From NCBI GenBank assembly GCA_964522165.1, contig CAZFVV010000007.1:8130-72129 (forward strand): a DNA stretch of 64,000 bases, in the 5' to 3' direction. Within the stretch, counting starts at the first letter, position 1, and every line of letters starts with the position of its first letter. This DNA is from an uncultured Calditrichaceae bacterium. GTDB taxonomy: Bacteria; Calditrichota; Calditrichia; RBG-13-44-9; J075. The notes below the pieces were generated by a model. That model saw nothing but the letters and a program-made list of their open reading frames with translations, had not been told where the DNA came from and ran no database searches. Below, one piece after another: positions 17,472 to 26,326 of the stretch. A program made the translations under genes and the position numbers.

Positions 17472-20400
17472 CTACTTCATAAGCAACAGCTTGCGGTCGG
17501 CGTTAAACTTCCCGGCTTTCATCCGCAGGAAGTACATTCCCGAGGGCACTGGCTGGTTCTGGTCATTTTTGCCTTCCCAGCGTACCAGGTAGGTTCCGGC
17601 CTGCTGCTTTCCGTTCACCAGGGTTTGCACCTTCTGCCCCAACACGTTATACACCACGATCTGCACGTCCACCGCTTCCGGCAGTTGGTAGTGGATTTCC
17701 GTGGCCGGGTTGAAGGGGTTGGGATAGTTATCCAGCGCAAAGGATGCCGGCGCTTCGTTCGTCCCCGGGGCGTCCACTACTTTTACCGCCGGCAACAGGT
17801 CGGTAAACGTTTGCGCCGCAGCCATGGCGCTGAAGCTCAAGGAAACGGGAGCGTTCCCAAGCGTTTGCGCATTTCCCCTCACGATGAAGCGGGCGTTCAG
17901 AACGTTCACCATGCCTTCAGCGCCCTGGGGGTAGGCGTGGGCGGCGATCAATTGACCCCGTTTGGCATTGAGGTCGTTCACCACCGGATTCCCGAATCCT
18001 TCCGCAGCGCCGCCATCGAAGCCGGTGAATTCCAGTAAGGCGGGATCCCAGGCCATGGTCATGGTGTAACTGCCTAATTTTTGACCGGATTTCGCCATGT
18101 TGACCATTACCGGAACGTCCAGGGCCTGGCCGGATAAATTCAGGGCGGCATAGGTCTGTATTTCAGCGCCTTGCGCAACCGGCGCAACGGTTGATTTGCC
18201 GAGCGGAGCGGGCGCCGGTAAGCAGACCGGGGTGCCCACCGGGAAGGGTACCGGGAACCCGACTTCCCAGCTCAGGGTGACCAGCGCATCGGTGGAGTTG
18301 GTTAGGCCGTCTTGCGTCGCGTCGCCGAAACCAATGGCAATACGATCCAGGAAGGGCTGGGGCAGCGGGAAGCCGGTGTCGAATGAGAGCATCAGCAGGG
18401 CGTCCAGGGAGTTGACCGCATTATCGCCGTTGATGTCGCCCAGCAAGCCCGGGGTGCAGGTAGTAACGATATTGATGCAAGCCCCGTTCACGGTCAAGAA
18501 GGGCAGTAGATTGGTGAAGGACCCTGCCGCAGCCATGGCGGAGAATTGTACATCCAGGCAGCCGTTGGTTCCTATCGCCCCAACTGCATCAAAACTTACA
18601 TTCAATATATCAACCAGGCCCGCGGCGCCGGTGGCTTTGGCCCCGTTGAACACGATTACCCCGTTGGCGGCATTCCCGTCGTTCACAAACCCGGTAAAAC
18701 CGGAGAGGATTCCGGAATTTCCGGTGTAACTGAAATGGGCCGGATTCCAGGTGAGGGTGGCGGTAAAGCTGCCCAAAAGTTCATTCGGTGCGGGCATGTT
18801 GCTCATATCCACTTTAACCTCGGCAGTAAAGTTACCGCCCTGGGGTACGGTGGGGGGGCAATTTACCGAACCGGTGACCTGCCCGGTGACGGTCGTTTCG
18901 AACAGGCCCAGGTAAGCGGCCATCAAATCCGTCTGGTTATTAGCCATCAGCTCCAGGCCGTGGGGGGTTATTTTATAGAGGGGTTTTTCGGCGGAGCGAT
19001 GAACCTTCGCTGTGGAGGGGAAAGCGATTCTTTTAACTACCTTTCGAGTGGTTTGATTCGCCGGGCGGGCTTTATAAGTTCCTTCCTGCGCTTCCTGCGG
19101 CGCGAAGTTCTTCACCACCCGGGTTTCCGGATTCAGGGGCGCGGGAGAGCTCATCATCCCGCCGAAGGAGGGAACCACCCCAATGGCTTTTCCGTCGCCG
19201 GGGCCGTAGCCGGTATTATACAACCCGTGGATGTCGGTATTGGCGTCATTCTGCCAGATGGCGCTGGAGCCAATCGCCGATAGCTCATCCATGAAGCTGT
19301 TATCACCGTTATAGTCAAAGGTAAATGCGGACAGTTGATTGAGACCAATTAGCCCGGCGACATCTCCCTGGCCGTCTCCAAGAGGCGTGCAATCAAACCA
19401 GGGGTTAATATTGTAACCCCCGGCGCTTACCGGATCATAGGCGAAGCAGTCGCCCCCTTCCAGGTAGATCCTTCCGCCGTTGGCCAGGTAGGTTTCTAAA
19501 GCTGCGGCTTCCGGGTCGCCGGCGCCTAAGATGTGGTTGTTGGAAAAGATACCCAGCACCACCCAAACCGCATCGAACTGGCTGAGGTCGTTGCCGAACT
19601 CGAAGAGATTATCGGTCACCACGGCGCTGCGGCCGTTAGCCACCAGGGCGTTAAAAATACTGTCGCCGCTGGCGGCGCTGGCCCCGGCAACGTCCGCCGG
19701 CACCCATACCAGGTGATCCGGGGTAGCGGGAGCCAAACCGAAGAAGTTGACGACGGCGGCCATCAGGTCATCTTTGGTGCTGGGGGCGACAGCGTCGGTC
19801 AATTCCGCCAGAGCATAGGAGAAGCAGAAGGTCTTCTGCCCGGAAGCGCCGCTATGCTGCGCCGCTACATTCCCGTAACCGGATTCCATAAAGGCAATGG
19901 TACCGCCGCCGGCAGTATAGGTGTCGATAAACGTATTATTGACCTGTGTAGAAGCAGTAAATAGCATCCCGTCTGCAAGGGTGCCGGCCTGTCCCTGCAA
20001 CCCATTGATGACATTGGTGCCGCCGTCTGCCGCGTCGGTTAATCCGAATAGATTATGCAAAGCTGTATTCGCACCCTGGTCGAACCCTAAGGCGTCGCCG
20101 CCTTCCAGGTACACCTTGCCGCCGGCCTGGAGATAGGCTTGCACGGCCGCGGCCATGGTATTGTCAAAAACCGTGAGGGTGCTGCCGTTCGCGCCATAAT
20201 TGCCGAAAGACAGGAATACCGCATCGTAACCGATCAGGGAAGCAGGGAAAACGTTGGTATAGGTGGTGGTCAGACCGGCGTTGGTCAAATAAGTGTTAAT
20301 ATATGCGCCGCTGTAATCCTGGCCGCCTAAGGCGCCTTCCCAGACTAAAATGCCGGAGTTCGCGCCGGTCCCCAGATTAAACGCGCCAATACGCGTTTTC

Positions 20401-22028
20401 CAGTTGAAAGCACTTGAGGTCGCATAATATTCGTTGGTATACCAAAATGTTGCATCGTCGTTGGGATCCACAGTCATCATAGTATAGTCACCCCAACGGT
20501 TGGGGTTGGTTTGCGAGCCAGTACCCGCAAAAATGCTTTCCTCTGCTACATCCATCACTCCCGGCGCAGCGCCTGCGGTGTGGCCGGTGAAGCGAATGGA
20601 AGGAAAGGTGGTGCTGCTGGATACTGAATAGCCCAGGGCGATGTTTCCCATTCCATCCATGGCAATACTGCCCATCCAGCGGTGATCGTTGTCCGGGGCG
20701 TAAGTGCCTTGCTGGAAAATACTCCATCCGCCGCCGCTATTGCGTAACTCATACCAGCGGATACCGGCATGATTTGTCCCCACATCAACAGTATGGTTGG
20801 TTACCATTGACTTATGAGTGCCGAAGTCGCGGTATTGGAGGCTGAACATCGTAAAATGGGAAAGGATATCCAGTCCCTGTGCGGTACCGGGCTGCGGTAT
20901 ATCAGTGGTAAATACACCGTCATAAGGAGTTACCGGCAGGAAGGTTGGCCCGGTAAAAGTGGATGCGGGTAGATTGTTCCAATTGGGGGTAAGCTCAAAC
21001 AATGCCAGCCTGTCAGACGGAGCGCCGGTCAGCCCGTCATCCTGGTGTCCTACAATCGGAATCGGGGTTCCAGGAGCGGGAGCAGGGCCATCAAGATCAG
21101 CCGAAATGAAACCATCTGAGCCGATCCCGGGAAGCAAAGCAGAGATATTGAATACCAACATTTGTGCAGGATTCCCGGCTAACATTTTATTGCGTTCCAG
21201 GGCACCGGCTTTCATACTAAAACCACCGCCGTTTGGGAATACTCGATAAGTTGCGGTATAAGCATCGCCCCACACACCGAACTTGGGATAATCGGGAAAA
21301 TCGGTAGTAAAATTAAATTGATAGCGATAATATGCCCCGGTAGGATCCGGTGTTTGGGAGCAGGCGACACAAATGGATTGGTTATTCGGATCATCGACTG
21401 CAAATTGGCTCAAAAACCAGCGATCAGCCAACTGGTCATAGAGAACGATCGGGTCGCCGTTGTTATTCGTTTCACACGGTCCGCCAAAACCGGCCCATAA
21501 AGTGTTGATGTCGAAAGGACCCAGTACGCTATTGCCCGCCTTATCAAATATTTCATAGACTGAGTTAGCCATTTGAACATAGTGATTTGGCCCGACATCG
21601 CCGTTCTGATCCGGCGGCGCTCCGCCACCACCGATGTTATCTCCTACTTCCAATCCATCAAAACTCAGGAGCACGGTACGAGAGCTATTTTCACCTTGCC
21701 AGTCTTGAAGCGATGGATCTTCTATAAAAGGCTGATCTTTAACCAGACCCTCAAAAGGGTATGGCTTAAGGGGAATTATTTTCTGCTCGCCGGTAGAGGC
21801 CGGGAGTTTATAAATTTTAACCTGTTCACTTAATGTAAGAGACTGGTCGTTTCTTACGGATGTCAGTACCTTTTCCGGCTTGACAGTTTGTGACTGCGAA
21901 TTATCAGCAATCTGCTGGCTGGTTTGGGGGCGTTTTTTCTGGGCAAAGAGCGAAGTGGCCAGGCAAACCATTGCCAAAAAAATTATTGAAAATCCGCGAA
22001 GCATATAATTCTTGTTTAGTCGGTACAT
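17472..22028 (-). CDS. giant secreted protein: N-terminal propeller-like region, two ~200-aa internal repeats, cohesin-dockerin-cohesin modules, T9SS C-terminal sorting domain
   Basis: It has a signal peptide (FSIIFLAMVCLATSLFAQ). Two repeats carry 'YLQAGGKVYLEGGDALGFD' and 'YLANGGRIYLEGGDCFAYD'. Dockerin-type Ca-binding pair GDINGDNAVNSLDALLMLS / GDATQDGLTNSTDALVTLS. Cohesin-like blocks (FTATLTWNPAHFSYTG; YTMTMAWDPALLEFTG). The C-terminus is 'NYPNPFNPATEIHYQLP...RKLLLMK'. Confidence 0.85.
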   Translation of the reverse strand: MYRLNKNYMLRGFSIIFLAMVCLATSLFAQKKRPQTSQQIADNSQSQTVKPEKVLTSVRNDQSLTLSEQVKIYKLPASTGEQKIIPLKPYPFEGLVKDQPFIEDPSLQDWQGENSSRTVLLSFDGLEVGDNIGGGGAPPDQNGDVGPNHYVQMANSVYEIFDKAGNSVLGPFDINTLWAGFGGPCETNNNGDPIVLYDQLADRWFLSQFAVDDPNNQSICVACSQTPDPTGAYYRYQFNFTTDFPDYPKFGVWGDAYTATYRVFPNGGGFSMKAGALERNKMLAGNPAQMLVFNISALLPGIGSDGFISADLDGPAPAPGTPIPIVGHQDDGLTGAPSDRLALFELTPNWNNLPASTFTGPTFLPVTPYDGVFTTDIPQPGTAQGLDILSHFTMFSLQYRDFGTHKSMVTNHTVDVGTNHAGIRWYELRNSGGGWSIFQQGTYAPDNDHRWMGSIAMDGMGNIALGYSVSSSTTFPSIRFTGHTAGAAPGVMDVAEESIFAGTGSQTNPNRWGDYTMMTVDPNDDATFWYTNEYYATSSAFNWKTRIGAFNLGTGANSGILVWEGALGGQDYSGAYINTYLTNAGLTTTYTNVFPASLIGYDAVFLSFGNYGANGSTLTVFDNTMAAAVQAYLQAGGKVYLEGGDALGFDQGANTALHNLFGLTDAADGGTNVINGLQGQAGTLADGMLFTASTQVNNTFIDTYTAGGGTIAFMESGYGNVAAQHSGASGQKTFCFSYALAELTDAVAPSTKDDLMAAVVNFFGLAPATPDHLVWVPADVAGASAASGDSIFNALVANGRSAVVTDNLFEFGNDLSQFDAVWVVLGIFSNNHILGAGDPEAAALETYLANGGRIYLEGGDCFAYDPVSAGGYNINPWFDCTPLGDGQGDVAGLIGLNQLSAFTFDYNGDNSFMDELSAIGSSAIWQNDANTDIHGLYNTGYGPGDGKAIGVVPSFGGMMSSPAPLNPETRVVKNFAPQEAQEGTYKARPANQTTRKVVKRIAFPSTAKVHRSAEKPLYKITPHGLELMANNQTDLMAAYLGLFETTVTGQVTGSVNCPPTVPQGGNFTAEVKVDMSNMPAPNELLGSFTATLTWNPAHFSYTGNSGILSGFTGFVNDGNAANGVIVFNGAKATGAAGLVDILNVSFDAVGAIGTNGCLDVQFSAMAAAGSFTNLLPFLTVNGACINIVTTCTPGLLGDINGDNAVNSLDALLMLSFDTGFPLPQPFLDRIAIGFGDATQDGLTNSTDALVTLSWEVGFPVPFPVGTPVCLPAPAPLGKSTVAPVAQGAEIQTYAALNLSGQALDVPVMVNMAKSGQKLGSYTMTMAWDPALLEFTGFDGGAAEGFGNPVVNDLNAKRGQLIAAHAYPQGAEGMVNVLNARFIVRGNAQTLGNAPVSLSFSAMAAAQTFTDLLPAVKVVDAPGTNEAPASFALDNYPNPFNPATEIHYQLPEAVDVQIVVYNVLGQKVQTLVNGKQQAGTYLVRWEGKNDQNQPVPSGMYFLRMKAGKFNADRKLLLMK

Positions 22029-22604
22029 ATATCTGTCTCCTTAAAATAGTGATGAGAATTCGTATTGCTTAATTTGATAGCTGCGGGCGTGCATCAACCG
22101 GCGCGGTTATAATGTTTCTACCCACCTCTTAGAGGGATCGGGTTTTTGCTTTATGAGCACCCCCACTTTACTTCCACAAGAAAAGCGGGAGGAGCTTTGT
22201 TTGCAGGAAAGCAATTATTTGGCATGACTCGTTCCTCAATATAATTGAGTATCATAAAGATTTTCCCAGAGATATTTCCGCAGGCTCGTGACCGGTGTTC
22301 AGCAGGCTTCTTCACCAATGGTTTTACTCATCAATGAATGCTATTGGGAAAAGCACTCGCGTTTTGATCCGAAGATTAAAATTTGCGCAGCAAGTTACCG
22401 AAATCAGGTAAAGATTACATAGTAACCATGTCGCAAATGATAGGATAAATGTCGTACGGAGAAAATAGATTAGGCGAGTTAAGAGCCTGCCGTTATTTAC
22501 TTCCTAGGGTTATCCGGGATGGCCGGGAAACTTTCTATTGCAAACACCATAGCGGCAGGCCCCGGGGGACAAGCAGGGCATCAGGTACTCTTTTTTGTAA
22601 CATT

Positions 22605-22759
22605 TTAGCGTGCACTATCACGTAGTCTTTGACAATTCCTTCGCCAGGAAACAGAGCTTCCCCCATTGCGTTGCGATGCTCTGCATCGTGACGCGGGAAG
22701 CCCTGCTTTCCATTCCTTCCGGAAATTGTCAAAGACCACGTGGTAAGACACGTTAAGCG
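22605..22759. repeat. ~155-bp hairpin-forming element with ~35-bp terminal inverted repeats (same family as 3091-3347 and 33603-33777)
   Basis: 22605-22639 (ttagcgtgcactatcacgtagtctttgacaattcc) faces 22721-22759 (ggaaattgtcaaagaccacgtggtaagacacgttaagcg). Inner arms 'ggaaacagagcttccc'/'gggaagccctgctttcc' and 'gcgatgc tct gcatcg' also pair. Confidence 0.8.
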
Positions 22760-22809
22760 CCGGGTTTAAAGGGTTCGGCTGAGGCGGGCGCCGGCGGGGA
22801 GCGCCCTGA

Positions 22810-23184
22810 TTAATGGCTCCTCAGGGCCTGGTTCTGCAAAAGCATAAACAACTCTTCCCCGCTCTTATAATCTTTCTTCTGGATCTTCGACAGCCATTCG
22901 GCGTGTTGGATATAGGCAACCGCCAGGCGCGCCTTCTCGCGAATGGTCTCGGAACGGCTGTTGTTGGCCAGGCGAATCAACTGGCCGACGATTTCATAAT
23001 TGTACTGATCCGGGTAGAACATTTGATATTTGACCACCTGGAAAATCGCCGACTCGATCAGGCCATTATTATCCGATTTCAACGCCATCAGGTAATTCTG
23101 CGGGGCTTTTTCTACTACTGCTTTGCTTTGAGCGAACGCGCCCAATGAGAGGGCGGCAACCAGTGCAATGATGAATGATTTCAT
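22810..23184 (-). CDS. small secreted protein of unknown function
   Basis: 124 aa with a clear signal peptide (MKSFIIALVAALSLGAFAQ). No motif recognised. Confidence 0.6.
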   Translation of the reverse strand: MKSFIIALVAALSLGAFAQSKAVVEKAPQNYLMALKSDNNGLIESAIFQVVKYQMFYPDQYNYEIVGQLIRLANNSRSETIREKARLAVAYIQHAEWLSKIQKKDYKSGEELFMLLQNQALRSH

Positions 23185-23472
23185 GGCATTCTCCTTTTTG
23201 TTATCCGCTTATTGCTTACGGCCGGGCGATACAAGAGATGTCATGTACGGGTAAAGGGTTGTCAAAAAATGTCATTGAGCCTGGCGGCGCAGCCTCTCAA
23301 CCGCGAAACAACAACGCCGCTCGAGGTCTTCCGCACCACTTTGCAGCGCCATCCGCAGCAGGCAATGCTCCGGCATTCCGCTGCCTCCCGAACCGCCGCC
23401 CGATTTATTTTCCGAATGGAGTTTCAGGCAATAACCGGATTATATTCAAACCTTAAATAACGGGATCAGCCC

Positions 23473-23814
23473 ATGCACGAAATGTCGATTGCGCAGAATA
23501 TTTTGGAGATCGTGGAAAGCGCCCTGCGCGAAAATCCCGGCAGCCGGCTGAAAAAAGTAGTGGTAAAAGCGGGGGAGCTGGTAGCGGTGGTGCCGGATTC
23601 CCTGCAATTCTGTTACCAGGCCATCACGGCCGGAACTCCCCTGGAAGGTTCGGAGCTGCTGATCGAAGTGATCCCGGTGCGGGCGCGCTGCGAGAGCTGC
23701 GGCAGGGAGTTCAAGATCGAATCCTTTTTTTTCGTATGTCCCCATTGCGAGAGCGCGCAGGTGAAAGTGCTCAGCGGGCAGGAGCTGCAAGTGAGCGAGT
23801 TGGAAGTGGAGTGA
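23473..23814 (+). CDS. hypA: hydrogenase nickel-insertion protein HypA
   Basis: 113 aa: 'MHEMSIAQNILEIV' N-terminus and a zinc site CESCG...CPHCES. Confidence 0.88.
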   Translation: MHEMSIAQNILEIVESALRENPGSRLKKVVVKAGELVAVVPDSLQFCYQAITAGTPLEGSELLIEVIPVRARCESCGREFKIESFFFVCPHCESAQVKVLSGQELQVSELEVE

Positions 23815-24213
23815 GTTTTAAAACGGTTCAGCGATGAACCCCGATAGGGGTTCACAAGGCTATAAGCTTCGCACTTTCCCTTTTCCCTTACCTCCCCCCT
23901 TTCAAATTTTATAATCTATTGTTTTGTGCCTTCCTATCGACTATAATTGGGCGAAACAGGAAAAAGAAGGGGCTGGATAAACCCTGGCCCGGAGGCGCCG
24001 ATGATGCGGGCAGTAGTCCCTTCGGGAAAAGTGCAGTGAAAACCGCAGGGGAATTGCAAATAACGAACAGCGGAAATCTTTTTCTCGAAGATTCTCGAAA
24101 TTCGATTTTCGGATTTGCCGGTTCTAAATTTTGCGCCTTTGACGAATTCCGGGAGGATATTGCGAGGCGGTTTTTCCACCCCCCAAGTTGAATCGATCAC
24201 GTACAGGGCAGTT

Positions 24214-26013
24214 ATGAAAGGCAAAGGGAGTCATCCGGTAGGGATTTTCCACGTTGTTTTTGCCTGCCTGGTTGTCGCTTGTTTCTCGCCCCCCCTGTTA
24301 TCCCAATCCAAATCATTTAGCGGCCAGTGGATCTCTTCCCTGGGAACGCTGACCCTCACCGTCAACGGCTCCGATGCCAGCGGAACCTGTTCAGCCGGCG
24401 GCGCCGCCGGCGCCATCGAGGGAAAACTGGCTCGCAACGGGCGGTTATTCACCGGCAAATGGAAAATGGATAACCGGGAAGGGCGGGCGGTATTCCGCCT
24501 CCTGGATGACGGCAATGCCTTTACCGGGCGCTGGTGGAGCGGAACCGACCGGCCCGGCGGCGACTGGATCGGGGTACGCGCCAATAAAGAACTGGCGGCA
24601 ACGGCCATATCTGCGCAGAATTTCTCGGGCCGCTGGCTTTCCAACTATGGCGCGATGAGCCTGGCAGTGTCCGAGTTGGCCGTGAACGGGGAATTTGCCG
24701 GGCAGCGCAACCGCGGTACTCTTCGTGCAGAGTTAGACCGGCGCACCCATAAACTGATCGGGAACTGGGCAGACGCCAGTCACAAGGGACGCTTTATTTT
24801 TCAACTGTCGCAAGGCGGAAGCGGCTTCCTGGGGGAATGGTGGTTCGAAGACGGCGCCTACGGAGGCTACTGGTATGGAGTTCGCCATGCCGATCTGGAG
24901 GGCTGTATTGCCGGGAATTGCGAAGAGGGAGTGGGAACCTATATCTGGGCCGACGGAACCCGCTACGAGGGGGAGTGGAAAGGGGGAATCTACCACGGCA
25001 GCGGGGCGCTTTACGAACCTTACGGCGGGGTTAAGACCCGGGGTTTGTGGGCGGAAGGCGTGTACCAGGGAGAATGCCTCTCCGGAAACTGCTCAAACGG
25101 GCGGGGGGTCTTGGAATTGCCCAACGGCGATCAATACGAGGGAAACTTCGTAGAGTGCATCGAAGAAGGAAAGGGGATTTATCAATATCGCAACGGCGAC
25201 CGTTACGAGGGAGAATTCAAAGCAGCATTTCCGCACGGCAGCGGAACCCATGTCTGGGCGGTCAGCAGCGACAAATATACCGGAAAGTTCGCCCGGGGAA
25301 AAATCCAGGGGCAGGGAAGCTACTATTTTAAGAATGGTGATGTGTATGAAGGCAATTTCCGCCGGGGAGAGCGCTACGGTCAGGGAACCATGCGATGGGC
25401 AAACGGCGACCGCTACAAAGGGAATTGGGAGAGCGACCGGATGTCCGGCGCGGGCGCTTATTTCTATAAAGACGGGGATTCCTACAGCGGGGAGTTCCGC
25501 AATGGCCTGAAGCACGGGCAGGGCAGCTACACCTTTTCCAACGGCAACTCTTTCCTGGCGCTATGGAAAGACGACCGCATCGACCGGTTCGATTCCTCTT
25601 CTTCCGGCTACGGCGGCCTGGCAGAGCAATCCGGCTCCCCAACGCTGCCGGTTACCATCGCAAACCAATCTCCCGGCGCCCTTTCCTCTACCCGGGGCGA
25701 AGCCCGGGAAAGCACCTTCCTGATCTACAAGGTAACCGAAAAATCCCTCCCCGGCGTTAAAACCGGGGAAGAAATTCGGGAAGTTTATTTTACTTATTCT
25801 ATCGTTCAGGGACTGGCGGAACTGGATGAAGGGGCTGTTCGCGCTTTCCTGCAATCGCATAGCGGATCGCCGCTGGGCAGCGAATACCGGGTTGAGAAGG
25901 TGAGCGATCCTAATTTGCGGGCCAACCAGATTCTCCGGCGCTACCGCCTCGGCCCCGCTTCGACCCGCATCAACAGCGGATTCGAAGGGTACTTTTATGT
26001 ATATGAGGATTGA
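24214..26013 (+). CDS. secreted MORN-repeat protein, paralog 1
   Basis: Start chosen at MKGKGSHPVGIFHVVFACLVVACF (signal/TM). Two ~100-aa N-terminal repeats end in 'F(T/L)G(R/E)WW...W(I/Y)GVR'. About 9 MORN units follow (YEGEWKGGIYHGSG, YEGEFKAAFPHGSG, YEGNFRRGERYGQG...), then a unique ~130-aa C-terminal region. Confidence 0.8.
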   Translation: MKGKGSHPVGIFHVVFACLVVACFSPPLLSQSKSFSGQWISSLGTLTLTVNGSDASGTCSAGGAAGAIEGKLARNGRLFTGKWKMDNREGRAVFRLLDDGNAFTGRWWSGTDRPGGDWIGVRANKELAATAISAQNFSGRWLSNYGAMSLAVSELAVNGEFAGQRNRGTLRAELDRRTHKLIGNWADASHKGRFIFQLSQGGSGFLGEWWFEDGAYGGYWYGVRHADLEGCIAGNCEEGVGTYIWADGTRYEGEWKGGIYHGSGALYEPYGGVKTRGLWAEGVYQGECLSGNCSNGRGVLELPNGDQYEGNFVECIEEGKGIYQYRNGDRYEGEFKAAFPHGSGTHVWAVSSDKYTGKFARGKIQGQGSYYFKNGDVYEGNFRRGERYGQGTMRWANGDRYKGNWESDRMSGAGAYFYKDGDSYSGEFRNGLKHGQGSYTFSNGNSFLALWKDDRIDRFDSSSSGYGGLAEQSGSPTLPVTIANQSPGALSSTRGEARESTFLIYKVTEKSLPGVKTGEEIREVYFTYSIVQGLAELDEGAVRAFLQSHSGSPLGSEYRVEKVSDPNLRANQILRRYRLGPASTRINSGFEGYFYVYED

Positions 26014-26326
26014 TGTAATTGGCAATTGATAATTGGCAATTGCCAATCACCAACTGATGAGTGGAATTTTACCGTCTCCATCGCTGCGGCCAATTCATTC
26101 CCACCCGCTGTAAAAAATTCGCACATTTTCAATTGTCAAAATGACCTGAAATCCCTGGCCGGGGCTGCCTGCTCCGCGGCAATTTTTCGCTAAAAAACCG
26201 CCTTCCTACGGGCTTTTTCGGCTTATTCCCGGGATCAAGAGGAGAGAGGCATACCCTTTGCAAAGTAACCGGGATCATAATTTGCATAAACGGTCTATCG
26301 GAATATTAAACGCGAGGGTTAAGCCG

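Noticed and set aside
17332-17592. 86-aa ORF containing 'FFFLLSSFFFLLSSFF'.
   Set aside because: It is a translation of the heptanucleotide tandem repeat plus the antisense 3' end of the 1518-aa gene, with no RBS.
23930-24070. Possible riboswitch in the 400-nt leader of the first MORN gene ('gggaaaagtgcagtgaaaaccgcagggg' vaguely resembles the cobalamin-riboswitch core).
   Set aside because: There is no B12-box-like 'GCCACTG' partner, no convincing helices, and the downstream gene has no cobalamin link. The similarity is too weak to call.
24115-24213. N-terminal extensions of track ORFs (24115, 26258, 38065, 34858, 2380, 12669, 55690, 57233, 57659).
   Set aside because: The extensions precede obvious signal peptides or conserved N-termini, overlap upstream genes, repeats or terminators, and lack RBSs. 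Downstream ATG (or TTG) starts were chosen instead.
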